64,000 nucleotides of DNA from Candidatus Latescibacterota bacterium (GTDB lineage Bacteria; Latescibacterota; UBA2968; GCA-2709665). Positions within the stretch are counted from its first letter, which is position 1; each line of letters opens with the position of its first letter. Shown in pieces: positions 8,499 to 17,279 of the stretch. The translations under genes and the position numbers were made by a program. The DNA lies in NCBI GenBank assembly GCA_965205485.1, contig OZ242180.1, forward strand, positions 448,001 through 512,000, written 5' to 3'. The notes beneath the pieces were generated by a model that was given only the letters and a program-made list of their open reading frames with translations, was not told where the DNA came from and did not search any database.

Positions 8499-10121
8499 CT
8501 ACCCGGCTTTTAGAGAAGGCATCGGCTTGAACTGGCAGCCTTCCACGAACACCTCGAAGAAGTCCGGCGTCGTTTCGAGTTCGACATGCTCGATTTCCTT
8601 CACGAGCGCCTCGACGGTCGCCCTTTTCTCACGCGAAAGCAGGACCTCACGGGCGCCCTGGACAGCCGCATTTCCCGTCTTCACCACGCGTTCCTCGTCG
8701 ACCGGCGCCAGGAATCCGATCTCGATCGCGTTCCGCACGTCCACGTAATTCGCGAATCCCCCGGCCAGGTATAGTGTGTCGATATCTTCCGGCCCAACCC
8801 CGAGGTGTCGCATCAGGATGAACTGTCCACAGAAATTCGCGGCCTTGGCCTGGGCCAGGTTGCTGGCGTCTTCGCGGGACAGCGTGATCCCGTAATCCGG
8901 GACAACCGGGATCTCGAAGGACCGGTCGGCAAACATCCCTTTGGGCGCCATGAGTTCGTGCCGCCGTAACTCCGCCAGCAGATCGATCAACCCGGACCCG
9001 CACATTCCCTCCGGCTCGACGTTTCCAATGGTCCTGTACTGGAACCCGCCGTCTTGCAGACGGATCGACTCGATGGCGCCCTCGTGGCCGGGCATCCCGT
9101 ACCGGACCAGCCCGCCCTCGAACGCGGGCCCGGCCGGACACGAGGCAGTGAGCAGTCCGTTGGCGCCTCGCACCACCACCTCGGTATTGGTCCCCACGTC
9201 CACCAGCATCACGACGCCATCCTGAGACATCAGGTCCGTCGCCAGGAGGTCTGCCGCCGTATCCGCCCCCACGTGGCTGGCGATCAGGGGCATCCCGTAG
9301 ACCTTTGCCCGCGGATTGGCGCGCAGCCCCAGTCGCCTGGAACCCTCCAGCAGGGAAGTCGTCTCCCGCACGCCCTTGAGAAATGCGTGCTCCACGCGGG
9401 ACTTGTACGGTCTCTGGCCGATGCTCTGCACGTCCAGCTTGAAGAAGATGTCCCGCATCGTGGCGTTTCCCGCCACGACGATCTCGTAGATTTCCTGCCG
9501 GACAAACCCGAATCTTCTTCCCAGATCGAGGATTTCGTGGTTGATCGCGTTGACGACCGCTTTCTGCAGTTCACCCTGAAACTCCCCGTCGTAGGAGATG
9601 CGATTCATCACGTCGCTGCCGCCGAAACGCTGCGGGTTCTCGAACGAACTCACGTGGACACTCTTGCCCGTGGCCAGATCCACCAGGTCCATGACCACCG
9701 TTGTCGTGCCCAGATCGATCGCGATTCCGTAAAGGTGGCCGCGATACCTGTCGACGGCGACGCCGTCATAATAAACAACGTCCCCCAGGCGCGTGACCAG
9801 GGGGTCCGGATCCAGCGATTTTTCCAGGGAATGTGAAAGAATCCTGGGTTTGCGCCTCAACGGCGAGAACTCGATATCGGCTTCGTCGTTTTCAACCACC
9901 GCCTGACAGGCGAGGCGGTAATTCTCCCGCAGGAACGACTCCACGTCGTTCCGCGGCCGCAATGCGTCCATCCCGCACCCGATTTCAACCACGCACTCGT
10001 GACAGTGTCCGGTGCGTCCGCAGGAAGTGGGCACCTGGACCGCCAGTTCGTCCGCATAGTCGAATATCGTCTTCCCGGCTGCCAGCGCCCGCCTCTTCCC
10101 GTCGTGAGATATGGTACCCAT
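8499..10121 (-). CDS. ASKHA-type ATP-dependent reductive activator of corrinoid proteins (RACE; RamA/AcsV-like) with N-terminal 2Fe-2S domain
   Basis: SCGRTGHCHEC...RLAC ferredoxin; AIDLGTTT, NPQRFGGSDVMNRI, DVGTNTE, AGPAFEG, GMCGSG, LAGGF, GNAA; start MGTISH at 10121. Confidence 0.92.
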   Translation of the reverse strand: MGTISHDGKRRALAAGKTIFDYADELAVQVPTSCGRTGHCHECVVEIGCGMDALRPRNDVESFLRENYRLACQAVVENDEADIEFSPLRRKPRILSHSLEKSLDPDPLVTRLGDVVYYDGVAVDRYRGHLYGIAIDLGTTTVVMDLVDLATGKSVHVSSFENPQRFGGSDVMNRISYDGEFQGELQKAVVNAINHEILDLGRRFGFVRQEIYEIVVAGNATMRDIFFKLDVQSIGQRPYKSRVEHAFLKGVRETTSLLEGSRRLGLRANPRAKVYGMPLIASHVGADTAADLLATDLMSQDGVVMLVDVGTNTEVVVRGANGLLTASCPAGPAFEGGLVRYGMPGHEGAIESIRLQDGGFQYRTIGNVEPEGMCGSGLIDLLAELRRHELMAPKGMFADRSFEIPVVPDYGITLSREDASNLAQAKAANFCGQFILMRHLGVGPEDIDTLYLAGGFANYVDVRNAIEIGFLAPVDEERVVKTGNAAVQGAREVLLSREKRATVEALVKEIEHVELETTPDFFEVFVEGCQFKPMPSLKAG

Positions 10122-10126
10122 GCGTA

Positions 10127-10402
10127 CTATTCGTCGCCCCCGACGAATGCGCCCAGTTTCTCCTCCGTTTCCCAGGCGCCGCGGTAGTCCAGCTTGTCGT
10201 CTCCACCGCACATCAGCAGCGTTCCGCCCGGACGCGGCCTCCGCTGATTTCTGCAGCCGAACCTGGCGGTACACTCGTCGAAACGGTTCTTGTACGGGCA
10301 CCGTACGGTTGAGAGTTCATCGGCATGGGCGATCATGCCGGCAAACAGTTCCGTGATCCTGTCCAGCCGCTTCTGATATTCCTCTTTTTCGATCTTATGC
10401 AC
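10127..10402 (-). CDS. Small Cys-rich hypothetical protein (4 Cys, possible metal/FeS binding)
   Basis: GTG at 10402; RCPYKNRFDECTARFGCRNQ...MCGGD; tightly packed between the corrinoid protein and activator genes. Confidence 0.7.
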   Translation of the reverse strand: MHKIEKEEYQKRLDRITELFAGMIAHADELSTVRCPYKNRFDECTARFGCRNQRRPRPGGTLLMCGGDDKLDYRGAWETEEKLGAFVGGDE

Positions 10403-10410
10403 GGTCGGGC

Positions 10411-11181
10411 TCAGGGGTTCAGGTTGGTCTCTACCTTCATCTCTTCGAGCAGGTCTTTGGCCAGGGCCACGCACGCCATCGCGTCTTTTCCGTACCCGTC
10501 CGCGCCCATATCGTCGGCGAATTCCTGCGTGACGGGCGCGCCACCCACCATGATCTTGACGTCTTCACGCAAATCCGCATCGATGAACGCCTCGATCGTC
10601 TTGCCCATATTCGGCATGGTTGTCGTCAGCAGCGCCGACATCCCAAGCAGCGGAGCACCGTGTTCCTCCACGGCATCCATGAATTCGTCCTCCGACGTGT
10701 CCACCCCCAGATCGTGAACGACAAACCCCGCGCCACGAAGCATCATGATGCACAGGTTCTTTCCAATGTCGTGCAGGTCGCCCTTTACAGTTCCCATGAT
10801 GACCGTTCCGATCGGCTCGATGCCCGACGCGGAGAGAATGGGTTCGATATAGGCCATGCCGGCCTTCATCGCCCGGGCGCAGGCCAGCACTTCCGGAACG
10901 AAGATGAAGTTCTCCCGGAACTTGATCCCGACAATGCCCATTCCCGCGATCAACCCGTCGTCCATCACCTCCAGCGCCCCGGTTCCTGCATCCAGTGCGG
11001 CTTTGGTCAACGCGTCCACTTCGTGATGGTCGCCGTCGATCAGGGCCGCGGCAATGGCCTGCATATCGGGAGTGACTCCGGCAAACGTGGCGATCGCCCG
11101 CTCCCGTTCTTCTTCCCGCTCGAGGAACTCCTCGATTTCGTCGCGGATGAATTCGTTTCCAATATCGGTAATTTCCGCCAT
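10411..11181 (-). CDS. Corrinoid (B12-binding) protein, cap plus Rossmann domains
   Basis: GMGIVGIKF..FVPEVL cap; GTVKGDLHDIGKNL (DxHxxG), MSALLTTT, VGGAPV. Confidence 0.95.
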   Translation of the reverse strand: MAEITDIGNEFIRDEIEEFLEREEERERAIATFAGVTPDMQAIAAALIDGDHHEVDALTKAALDAGTGALEVMDDGLIAGMGIVGIKFRENFIFVPEVLACARAMKAGMAYIEPILSASGIEPIGTVIMGTVKGDLHDIGKNLCIMMLRGAGFVVHDLGVDTSEDEFMDAVEEHGAPLLGMSALLTTTMPNMGKTIEAFIDADLREDVKIMVGGAPVTQEFADDMGADGYGKDAMACVALAKDLLEEMKVETNLNP

Positions 11182-11199
11182 TATTCACCTGCCCCCTTA

Positions 11200-11411
11200 G
11201 AAGCTGTCTTAAAATTCCCAGCAGTCTTCGCACGGCTGCAAAAGCGCCGGTCGGCGTTGGTCAAACCCGCCCAAGAGTGGCGAGGGGCGCGCAGCCACGA
11301 TACATTGGATATGGGCGAGTTTTCCCGTCGGCGCTGCACGCCCTTCGCGCCTCATAACCGCCGCTTTTTCGCTCGCGCTCGGGAACTCACCGGTAATTTT
11401 AAGACAGCTTC
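11200..11411. mobile_element. MITE family A, 212 bp, perfect 17-bp TIRs, TTA target duplication
   Basis: GAAGCTGTCTTAAAATT (11200-11216) and AATTTTAAGACAGCTTC (11395-11411); TTA at 11197-11199 and 11412-11414; no transposase. Confidence 0.85.
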
Positions 11412-12457
11412 TTATCCGCCGGCGTCTCCCGGTGCCAGTCCCGGACCGCACCTGGAATCTCCTTCAGGTTTTCGATTGACGTCTGCAGCGGGATGGCGCA
11501 CTCCGGACCCACGAGATGCACGCCTGCGTCCAGGTTCCTGAAAACCTCCTGCCTCACGGCTTCAGGCCCTTTTGAAAACAGCGTTTCCGGATTGTTGATG
11601 TTGCCCACCAGCGAGATCCGCTCCTTAACCGCCGCCATGGACTCTCCCGGTTCGTTCTTCGAGTCGTAATGGAACGCGGACATCCCGGTCTGCGCGATGT
11701 ACTCCATACGATCGACGGTCCGCCCGCAGATGTGCAGAATCAGCGGAATGGGGATCCTCTCCACGAACTCGATATGCAGGTCACGCAGATACCGCTTGTA
11801 GTATTCCCCGCTCACGAGGTCGCCCGTCGCGTGATCGGGCAGCGTGAGCGCATCAGCGCCCGCCTCGATCTGCGCCACCCCGAAGTCCACCGTCACTTCC
11901 TTCATCCTGTCCAGACATGCCTTTGTCTTGTCCGGGTCGTCCAGCGACATGAGCAGAAAGGGCTCCACGCCGAAGCAGTGGTATCCCAGCGACCATGGGC
12001 CCATTGTCTTGCCGATGACGGCCACGGCGTCTCCGTATTCCTTTTTCAGAATCCGGATCGCGTCCAGTACGCACTTCGTATCCTGGTGCGTGAGCAGGTC
12101 CGGCGGAATCTGAATGTCGTCCACGTCTTCCCAGATGGGCTCGCGCATCCTCACGGTGGGCCAGTTGTCTTTCTGCTCCCACTGGATCTTGCAGCCCATT
12201 GCGGACGACTCCTGGATAATTGTGAACACCGGCATGATCGAATCGAACCCCAACTCCGTATGCCCGGTGGCGGCAAGACGGGCCATCAGTTCCGGATCGC
12301 GGTTCGCATCCGGAAATGGCGCGTCCACGAGATCCATCAACTCCACGGTCGCCACCGACGTTGGATTGCACACGGGCGTCCGGTCCACCGGCTCCCGGTT
12401 CAGCGCCGCCAGAACACGCTCGCGGCCGGTCATTGGACCCACTGTGCGAGTCGCCAT
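11399..12457 (-). CDS. MtaA/CmuA-family methylcobamide:thiol methyltransferase (URO-D fold)
   Basis: RERVLAALNREPVDRTPV, ELMARLA, AMGC, Zn ligands LHICG and GPEC, LVGNI; start MATRT at 12457 (RBS GGAGA). Confidence 0.9.
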   Translation of the reverse strand: MATRTVGPMTGRERVLAALNREPVDRTPVCNPTSVATVELMDLVDAPFPDANRDPELMARLAATGHTELGFDSIMPVFTIIQESSAMGCKIQWEQKDNWPTVRMREPIWEDVDDIQIPPDLLTHQDTKCVLDAIRILKKEYGDAVAVIGKTMGPWSLGYHCFGVEPFLLMSLDDPDKTKACLDRMKEVTVDFGVAQIEAGADALTLPDHATGDLVSGEYYKRYLRDLHIEFVERIPIPLILHICGRTVDRMEYIAQTGMSAFHYDSKNEPGESMAAVKERISLVGNINNPETLFSKGPEAVRQEVFRNLDAGVHLVGPECAIPLQTSIENLKEIPGAVRDWHRETPADKKLS

Positions 12458-12503
12458 GTTCCAAGTCTCCTGTCTGTAACCTCGTTTACGCGGCCCGCCG
12501 GCG

Positions 12504-13133
12504 CTACCGCTGCTGGCTGGGCGCAGCCAGGACGCCGCGGGCGCCCGACGTCTCCTGTTCGCGAACCGCCGCCCGGACGTTTGGGGCCCGGACCAGAAGC
12601 AGTCCCACAACAGCGTCGTGGTCGTATCCGCACGAAAACAAGACCGTATCCGGGCTTAGGGACTGCATTTCACCGAGCTTGGCCAGCCCGCCCGCGATTG
12701 CCGAAATTCTCCGCGCGGCGTCCCTTCCCTCCCCCTCAGCCTCGACGCGGTACTCGCCGCTGCCCGCACGGGACACCCTGATGTTCAATCCGGACTTCCT
12801 GTCGACGATCGTCAGCGGACGGGCTTTCAGTTCGCCGCCGGAAGCCAGCTTGCACGCTTCGAGAAAGACCCGCCGGCAGGCCAGTTCGTGCGCTTCTCCG
12901 CACGGAAACCGCAGCAGCCCGTCGGGTGTCTGCACCATTCCGCCCAGCACCGCCATCCCATTGGTGACGAATGCGATCCGCTGGTCGGCCCCTGCTCTTC
13001 CGCTGTACGTATGTACGCGATACACGGGAGCCCCATCGTGATCCTGGCTGTAGAGGCCAATCGTGATATCACGAAAATGCGGATCCATGGGCACCAGTTC
13101 GATGCGCGTTCCGATATCGATGGTTTGGCCCAT
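12504..13133 (-). CDS. Hypothetical protein with an internally duplicated F-x-C-G-x-x-H motif; first gene of the corrinoid operon
   Basis: RBS GGAGGA, ATG at 13133; LRFPCGEAHE and LFSCGYDHD. Confidence 0.75.
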   Translation of the reverse strand: MGQTIDIGTRIELVPMDPHFRDITIGLYSQDHDGAPVYRVHTYSGRAGADQRIAFVTNGMAVLGGMVQTPDGLLRFPCGEAHELACRRVFLEACKLASGGELKARPLTIVDRKSGLNIRVSRAGSGEYRVEAEGEGRDAARRISAIAGGLAKLGEMQSLSPDTVLFSCGYDHDAVVGLLLVRAPNVRAAVREQETSGARGVLAAPSQQR

Positions 13134-13202
13134 TGTGCCATCCTCCGGCAAGTTTTCCCTTGACAGCAGGGAACCCCGTCTGTTCTTTTACTGTTATGAT
13201 GA

Positions 13203-13213
13203 TGGTCAGACCA
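13203..13213. promoter_or_regulatory. FadR-subfamily operator TGGTCAGACCA
   Basis: Palindrome TGGT-N3-ACCA as in PdhR/LldR-type sites, between the divergent regulator and the operon. Confidence 0.75.
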
Positions 13214-13225
13214 ATTCTGGATTTA

Positions 13226-13254
13226 AGGGTAACCTAAATAGAAGCCATTGTAAA
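13226..13254 (-). promoter_or_regulatory. Putative sigma70 promoter of the corrinoid operon
   Basis: Minus strand TTTACA-17 bp-TACCCT, with the operator just downstream of the predicted start site. Confidence 0.55.
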
Positions 13255-13318
13255 GCGAAATCTTTCTGGCGCGACGAACTGGCGGCTTCGCGCATCAAGA
13301 AGAAAGGTTTAAGATATC

Positions 13319-14086
13319 GTGACTCGAAAACCGAAGGCCCCGGCACTCGAGCAGATGACGCCCGTCAGACGCACGTCGCTGAGCGACGAAATCGTCGGCC
13401 AGATCATCGACCTGATCTCTCGGGACGTGCTGAAACCGGGCGATCAGCTGCCGCCGGAACGAAGCCTGTGCAAACAGTTCGGGGTCGGCCGGACCTCCCT
13501 CAGGGAAGCCCTCCGTACACTCTCCGTGATGGGCATCCTGGAACCCCGGGTGGGTGAGGGTACGTTCGTCAGCGACAATACTGGCCGATACCTGGAGAAA
13601 TCCCTGAGCTGGGGCCTGCTGCTGGATCCGAAGGAAGTCACGGACCTCGTGGAAACGCGGCTAATGCTGGAATCCCGTAATGCATTCCTTGCCGCCGGGC
13701 GCGCCACGGAAGCCGACCTCCTTGAATTCGAGCGGACGACCCGTGGAATCGAGGCATCTCTGAACCGGCCCGGCGAATTCCTGGAATTCGACGTACAGTT
13801 CCATCTGGCCATTGCCCGGGCAACCCAGAATTCTATCCTCTGCAACCTCCTCGTGATGATTCGCAACTACCTTCAGGAATGGATCCGGGCCAGCCTGGAG
13901 GAACCCGCGACCCATACGGTGGAGGTGCGGGCCCGGATGTCGGTGGAAGAACACGTAAAAATCGTGCGGGCCATCCGGAAACGCGACGCCGAAGCCGCAC
14001 AGCGGGCCATGGAGGAGCACATTCTGTCCAGCAGCGTGGACCTGCGGGCGCGTATCGACGGTGATTCCGAAAACCGATCGGGGTGA
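13319..14086 (+). CDS. GntR/FadR family transcriptional regulator (wHTH + FCD)
   Basis: LKPGDQLPPERSLCKQFGVGRTSLREAL, GEGTFV, FDVQFHLAIARATQN, EEH; start may be ATG at 13355. Confidence 0.95.
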   Translation: MTRKPKAPALEQMTPVRRTSLSDEIVGQIIDLISRDVLKPGDQLPPERSLCKQFGVGRTSLREALRTLSVMGILEPRVGEGTFVSDNTGRYLEKSLSWGLLLDPKEVTDLVETRLMLESRNAFLAAGRATEADLLEFERTTRGIEASLNRPGEFLEFDVQFHLAIARATQNSILCNLLVMIRNYLQEWIRASLEEPATHTVEVRARMSVEEHVKIVRAIRKRDAEAAQRAMEEHILSSSVDLRARIDGDSENRSG

Positions 14087-14112
14087 GACGCTAACCGTCC
14101 GGCAGGTATACG

Positions 14113-14274
14113 GTGTCCCGTCCTGGAAATATGTCACCATTCTTCGGCCGATTCATCCCGTCTTGCTTCGTTGCCTTCGCTCGCTGACCTTGCCCAGGTC
14201 ACCTCGCTCAGGCGCCTTGCCAGCCGGGCGACTCGGCCACCGAATTTCGGCAACCTATTTCCAGGACAGAACAC
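14113..14274. mobile_element. MITE family B, copy 1 (162 bp)
   Basis: Ends GTGTCCCGTCCTGGAAATA and TATTTCCAGGACAGAACAC; same-length homologous copy in opposite orientation at 22993-23154. Confidence 0.8.
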
Positions 14275-15112
14275 TCGCCACGGTCTTCGAGAACCCTTCA
14301 TGCTCCAGCGGTTCGCACGTCCGCACGCCCGCCTCGGCGGCTGAATCCCTGGTCAGACGGTCCGCGTTTCCCATCAGCACGCCGATGCCCGCCGCCTTCA
14401 GCATCGGCAGGTCGTTATCCCCGTCTCCAATCGCAAGCGACTGGGCAAGGGCGACGCCGCACGCATCGCAGATCTCCCGCAATGCCACCGCCTTGTTCAC
14501 GTCCGGATGCATGATCTCGATCCGGTCGTCGCCCGTGCGGGCGAGATAGAACCGCCGCCCGAACGCCGCACGCATCCTCTCGAACAAGTCTTCCCGTCGA
14601 CCGGGACCGGGCAGCAAGATCATCTTCGGCGGGGGAACCAGATCCCGCGCCATGGACAACAGGTCCGGCTCCAGCACGATATTCACGCCCGTCATCCGCA
14701 CAAGATTTCGGATCCACGCGGTCTCTTCGTCCGTAATATAGGCCTCGCTGAGGCCGGTCTGATCGGTCTCGCACCGGCAATAGATGAAGTTCACACCACT
14801 ATTGCCGACAAAATCAACAAGATCGGGAAAGCCATCCGCCGGCAATCGCTGTTCGTGCAGCAACGACCGCTCGTTATCCGCGCCGGTTCCCAGCACCATC
14901 GCGCCGTTGTAGCTTCCGACACTCAAAACCGGCCGGACATCCGGGGGAAACGGCGCCAGGCTCTTCCCCACGTTTCGACCGCTGATCGACGCCATCGCGA
15001 TTCCGGCTCGCGCCAGCCGTCGAAGCGCCTCGACAGTCGTGCTTGACATCCGGCCCCTGTCGTCGAGCAGCGTACCATCCAGATCGAACGCCACGAGCCG
15101 CACGTCACCCAT
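14255..15112 (-). CDS. Cof-type HAD-IIB hydrolase
   Basis: AFDLDGTLL, ISGR, YNGA, VNKAVAL, IGDGDNDLPML; start MGDVR at 15112. Confidence 0.92.
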   Translation of the reverse strand: MGDVRLVAFDLDGTLLDDRGRMSSTTVEALRRLARAGIAMASISGRNVGKSLAPFPPDVRPVLSVGSYNGAMVLGTGADNERSLLHEQRLPADGFPDLVDFVGNSGVNFIYCRCETDQTGLSEAYITDEETAWIRNLVRMTGVNIVLEPDLLSMARDLVPPPKMILLPGPGRREDLFERMRAAFGRRFYLARTGDDRIEIMHPDVNKAVALREICDACGVALAQSLAIGDGDNDLPMLKAAGIGVLMGNADRLTRDSAAEAGVRTCEPLEHEGFSKTVASVLSWK

Positions 15113-15146
15113 TCTGCCGACCTCCCGACGACATACCGATATCCCT

Positions 15147-16163
15147 TCAGAAATCCGTGACGACCCTGGCGGGCCTGCCGGTCTTAATCGATTCCACAAC
15201 CGCGAAACACGCCGCCATCGTCCGGGCGCCTTCCTTTACGTCGATCATCGGCGTTTCGCCCGTATCCAGGCAGTGCAGGAAATGCGACAATTCCTCCGCG
15301 CAGGCGTGTACCTCTCCCAGCACAGGAAACGGGATCTCCGCGAATTCCTCGATGTCACCGAACTCTTTGAGATAGAGCCGGTTTTCCTCTACCGTGCCCT
15401 CGGTGCCATAGAGATTGAACGTCATGGAATAGGGCCGCGGCGCACCCACGGACACCAGGCACTTTCCCACCGCGCCGTTCCTGAATTTCAGCGAAGCGAT
15501 CACCGTATCGTGCCAGTCGACGTCGTGAAGGACCTTCGTAACACCATAGGCCGACACTTCCTCCATTTCCCCCACGATCCAGCGCATCAGGTCCAGCGGG
15601 TGGCACGCCCCGCCGATCACCGCGAATTGACCCTCGTCAGGGTGCCGCCACCACTGGTGACCAGGACCGGTGAGAAACGGCTCCAGCGAATGGACGTAGT
15701 CCGACTCACAGAAACAGGCTTCGCCAAGCTTGCCCGAGTCGAACAGGTCCTTCACGGCCCGGTGCAATTGCCTGAAACGCGCGCCGTGGCCCACCATCAG
15801 CTGCCGGCCCGAACCTTCGACCGCGGCAACCATGCGGCGGCAGTCCTGCAACGTGGTCGCCATCGGCTTTTCACAGAACACATGCTTACCGGCCTCCAGC
15901 GCGGAAACGGCCTCGTCGGCGTGCAGCCGGTTGGGCGTGCAGAGGTACACCACGTCAACCGCCTCGTCCGCGACAATCTCTCCGAAGTCCGTGGTCACCT
16001 GCTCGGCCCCGTATTCGGCCTTCATCTCCTCCAATCGACCCGCGCCGCGCGACGATCCGCAGATCGAACGCAGTTTCGCCCGCGGATCGGACGCAATCGC
16101 CTTGATGTGCTCCAGGCCGATATACCCCGTACCCACTACCGCGATTCGATATTCAGCTGCCAC
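15147..16163 (-). CDS. Gfo/Idh/MocA family oxidoreductase
   Basis: VVGTGYIG, TPNRLH, HVFCEKPM, CHPLD. Confidence 0.93.
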   Translation of the reverse strand: MAAEYRIAVVGTGYIGLEHIKAIASDPRAKLRSICGSSRGAGRLEEMKAEYGAEQVTTDFGEIVADEAVDVVYLCTPNRLHADEAVSALEAGKHVFCEKPMATTLQDCRRMVAAVEGSGRQLMVGHGARFRQLHRAVKDLFDSGKLGEACFCESDYVHSLEPFLTGPGHQWWRHPDEGQFAVIGGACHPLDLMRWIVGEMEEVSAYGVTKVLHDVDWHDTVIASLKFRNGAVGKCLVSVGAPRPYSMTFNLYGTEGTVEENRLYLKEFGDIEEFAEIPFPVLGEVHACAEELSHFLHCLDTGETPMIDVKEGARTMAACFAVVESIKTGRPARVVTDF

Positions 16164-16189
16164 GACAACGGTCCTTTCGGATCATGCGA

Positions 16190-17233
16190 TCAGTCCACCA
16201 GGGGCAGATGCACCACGCCGCCCCGTTCCACGGATCGGAAAACCGCCTCGGTAAACGCCATGTACTTCAGGCCGGCTTCGAAGGTCGTATCACCTGGAGG
16301 TCCGCCCTGGATCGCGCTCACGAAATCCTGCTCCACGGTCCACTCGCGCGCTTCGTCATCGGGAATTGGCATCACCGACAGCTCACTGTCTCCGGACCGC
16401 CCGCCCAGAATGGTGTCGCTCTCCAGCTTGTAGATCAGTGTCCCCTCGCTGCCGTAGAGCTCCACCTGCGGGTCTGTGCCAAAGCGCGCCACGGAGGAGA
16501 ACAGAAACGCGGCCTGCGCGCCGTTCTCCATCTGTCCCAAGATATGCACCGAATCGGGGCGTTCCACCGGTCCCGTTCCCTGGCCGTCGGCCAGCGGCCG
16601 CGTCCTGGTGAACGTCTCCGCGTGCGCCGATATCGTCTTCATCTGGCCGGCCCAACGTTGCACGATCTCCACCAGGATGCCCATGTTCAGCGCGTTCAGA
16701 CCGGAAAACCGGTCGATCTGCCGCCAGTGCAGCGGCTGTTCCGGATCGCAGTTGTCGCCGCTGAACGACCGGGTATAGACATGGTAGATATCTCCCAGGT
16801 ATCCCTCCCGGATCAGCCGTTGGATGAACCAGTCGCCCTTCATCGCCATCGGCGACGGGCAGATCTGCGTGACGAGGCCCGTCTCCCGCGCCCTGGCGTA
16901 CATGGCCTTTGCCTCGCCAAGGTTCATGGCCATCCTCGCCTGCACGAAGACGTGCTTTCCCGCGTCAAGGGACGCCAGCACGTATTCGCAGTGGCGGTAC
17001 GGCCACGTACCGATCATCACCGCGTCCACGTCCTCGCTCCCGATCAACGCGTACGGATCCGACATCAGTCTCGGCGACAAGCCGAATTCGCGCGCGATCG
17101 CGCCCGCGCTTGCCTCGCTCCGGTTGCAGATGGCAACCACCTCCGCGTCCCCGATCTTCGCCAACCCGGGGAAATGACGGCTCCGGAAAATGCCGCCGGC
17201 GCCGATAATTCCAATTCGAATCTTGTCCGACAT
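16190..17233 (-). CDS. Gfo/Idh/MocA family oxidoreductase (variant QARM in place of EKP)
   Basis: IGIIGAGGI, GTWPYRH, GKHVFVQARMA, LYGSEGTL. Confidence 0.88.
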   Translation of the reverse strand: MSDKIRIGIIGAGGIFRSRHFPGLAKIGDAEVVAICNRSEASAGAIAREFGLSPRLMSDPYALIGSEDVDAVMIGTWPYRHCEYVLASLDAGKHVFVQARMAMNLGEAKAMYARARETGLVTQICPSPMAMKGDWFIQRLIREGYLGDIYHVYTRSFSGDNCDPEQPLHWRQIDRFSGLNALNMGILVEIVQRWAGQMKTISAHAETFTRTRPLADGQGTGPVERPDSVHILGQMENGAQAAFLFSSVARFGTDPQVELYGSEGTLIYKLESDTILGGRSGDSELSVMPIPDDEAREWTVEQDFVSAIQGGPPGDTTFEAGLKYMAFTEAVFRSVERGGVVHLPLVD

Positions 17234-17279
17234 TTTTCCTCCTTGGAAGCTGTTTCAAAACCCCCATCGTATCACGGGT

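Noticed and set aside
11399..12457. Call as uroporphyrinogen decarboxylase HemE or chloromethane dehalogenase CmuA
   Set aside because: Lacks the HemE RQAGR motif and has Zn ligands; it is not fused to a corrinoid domain as CmuA is, so only a family-level call is made.
17246..17260. GAAGCTGTTTCAAAA, 13/15 match to the family A MITE end
   Set aside because: No partner end or target duplication; could be a remnant or chance.
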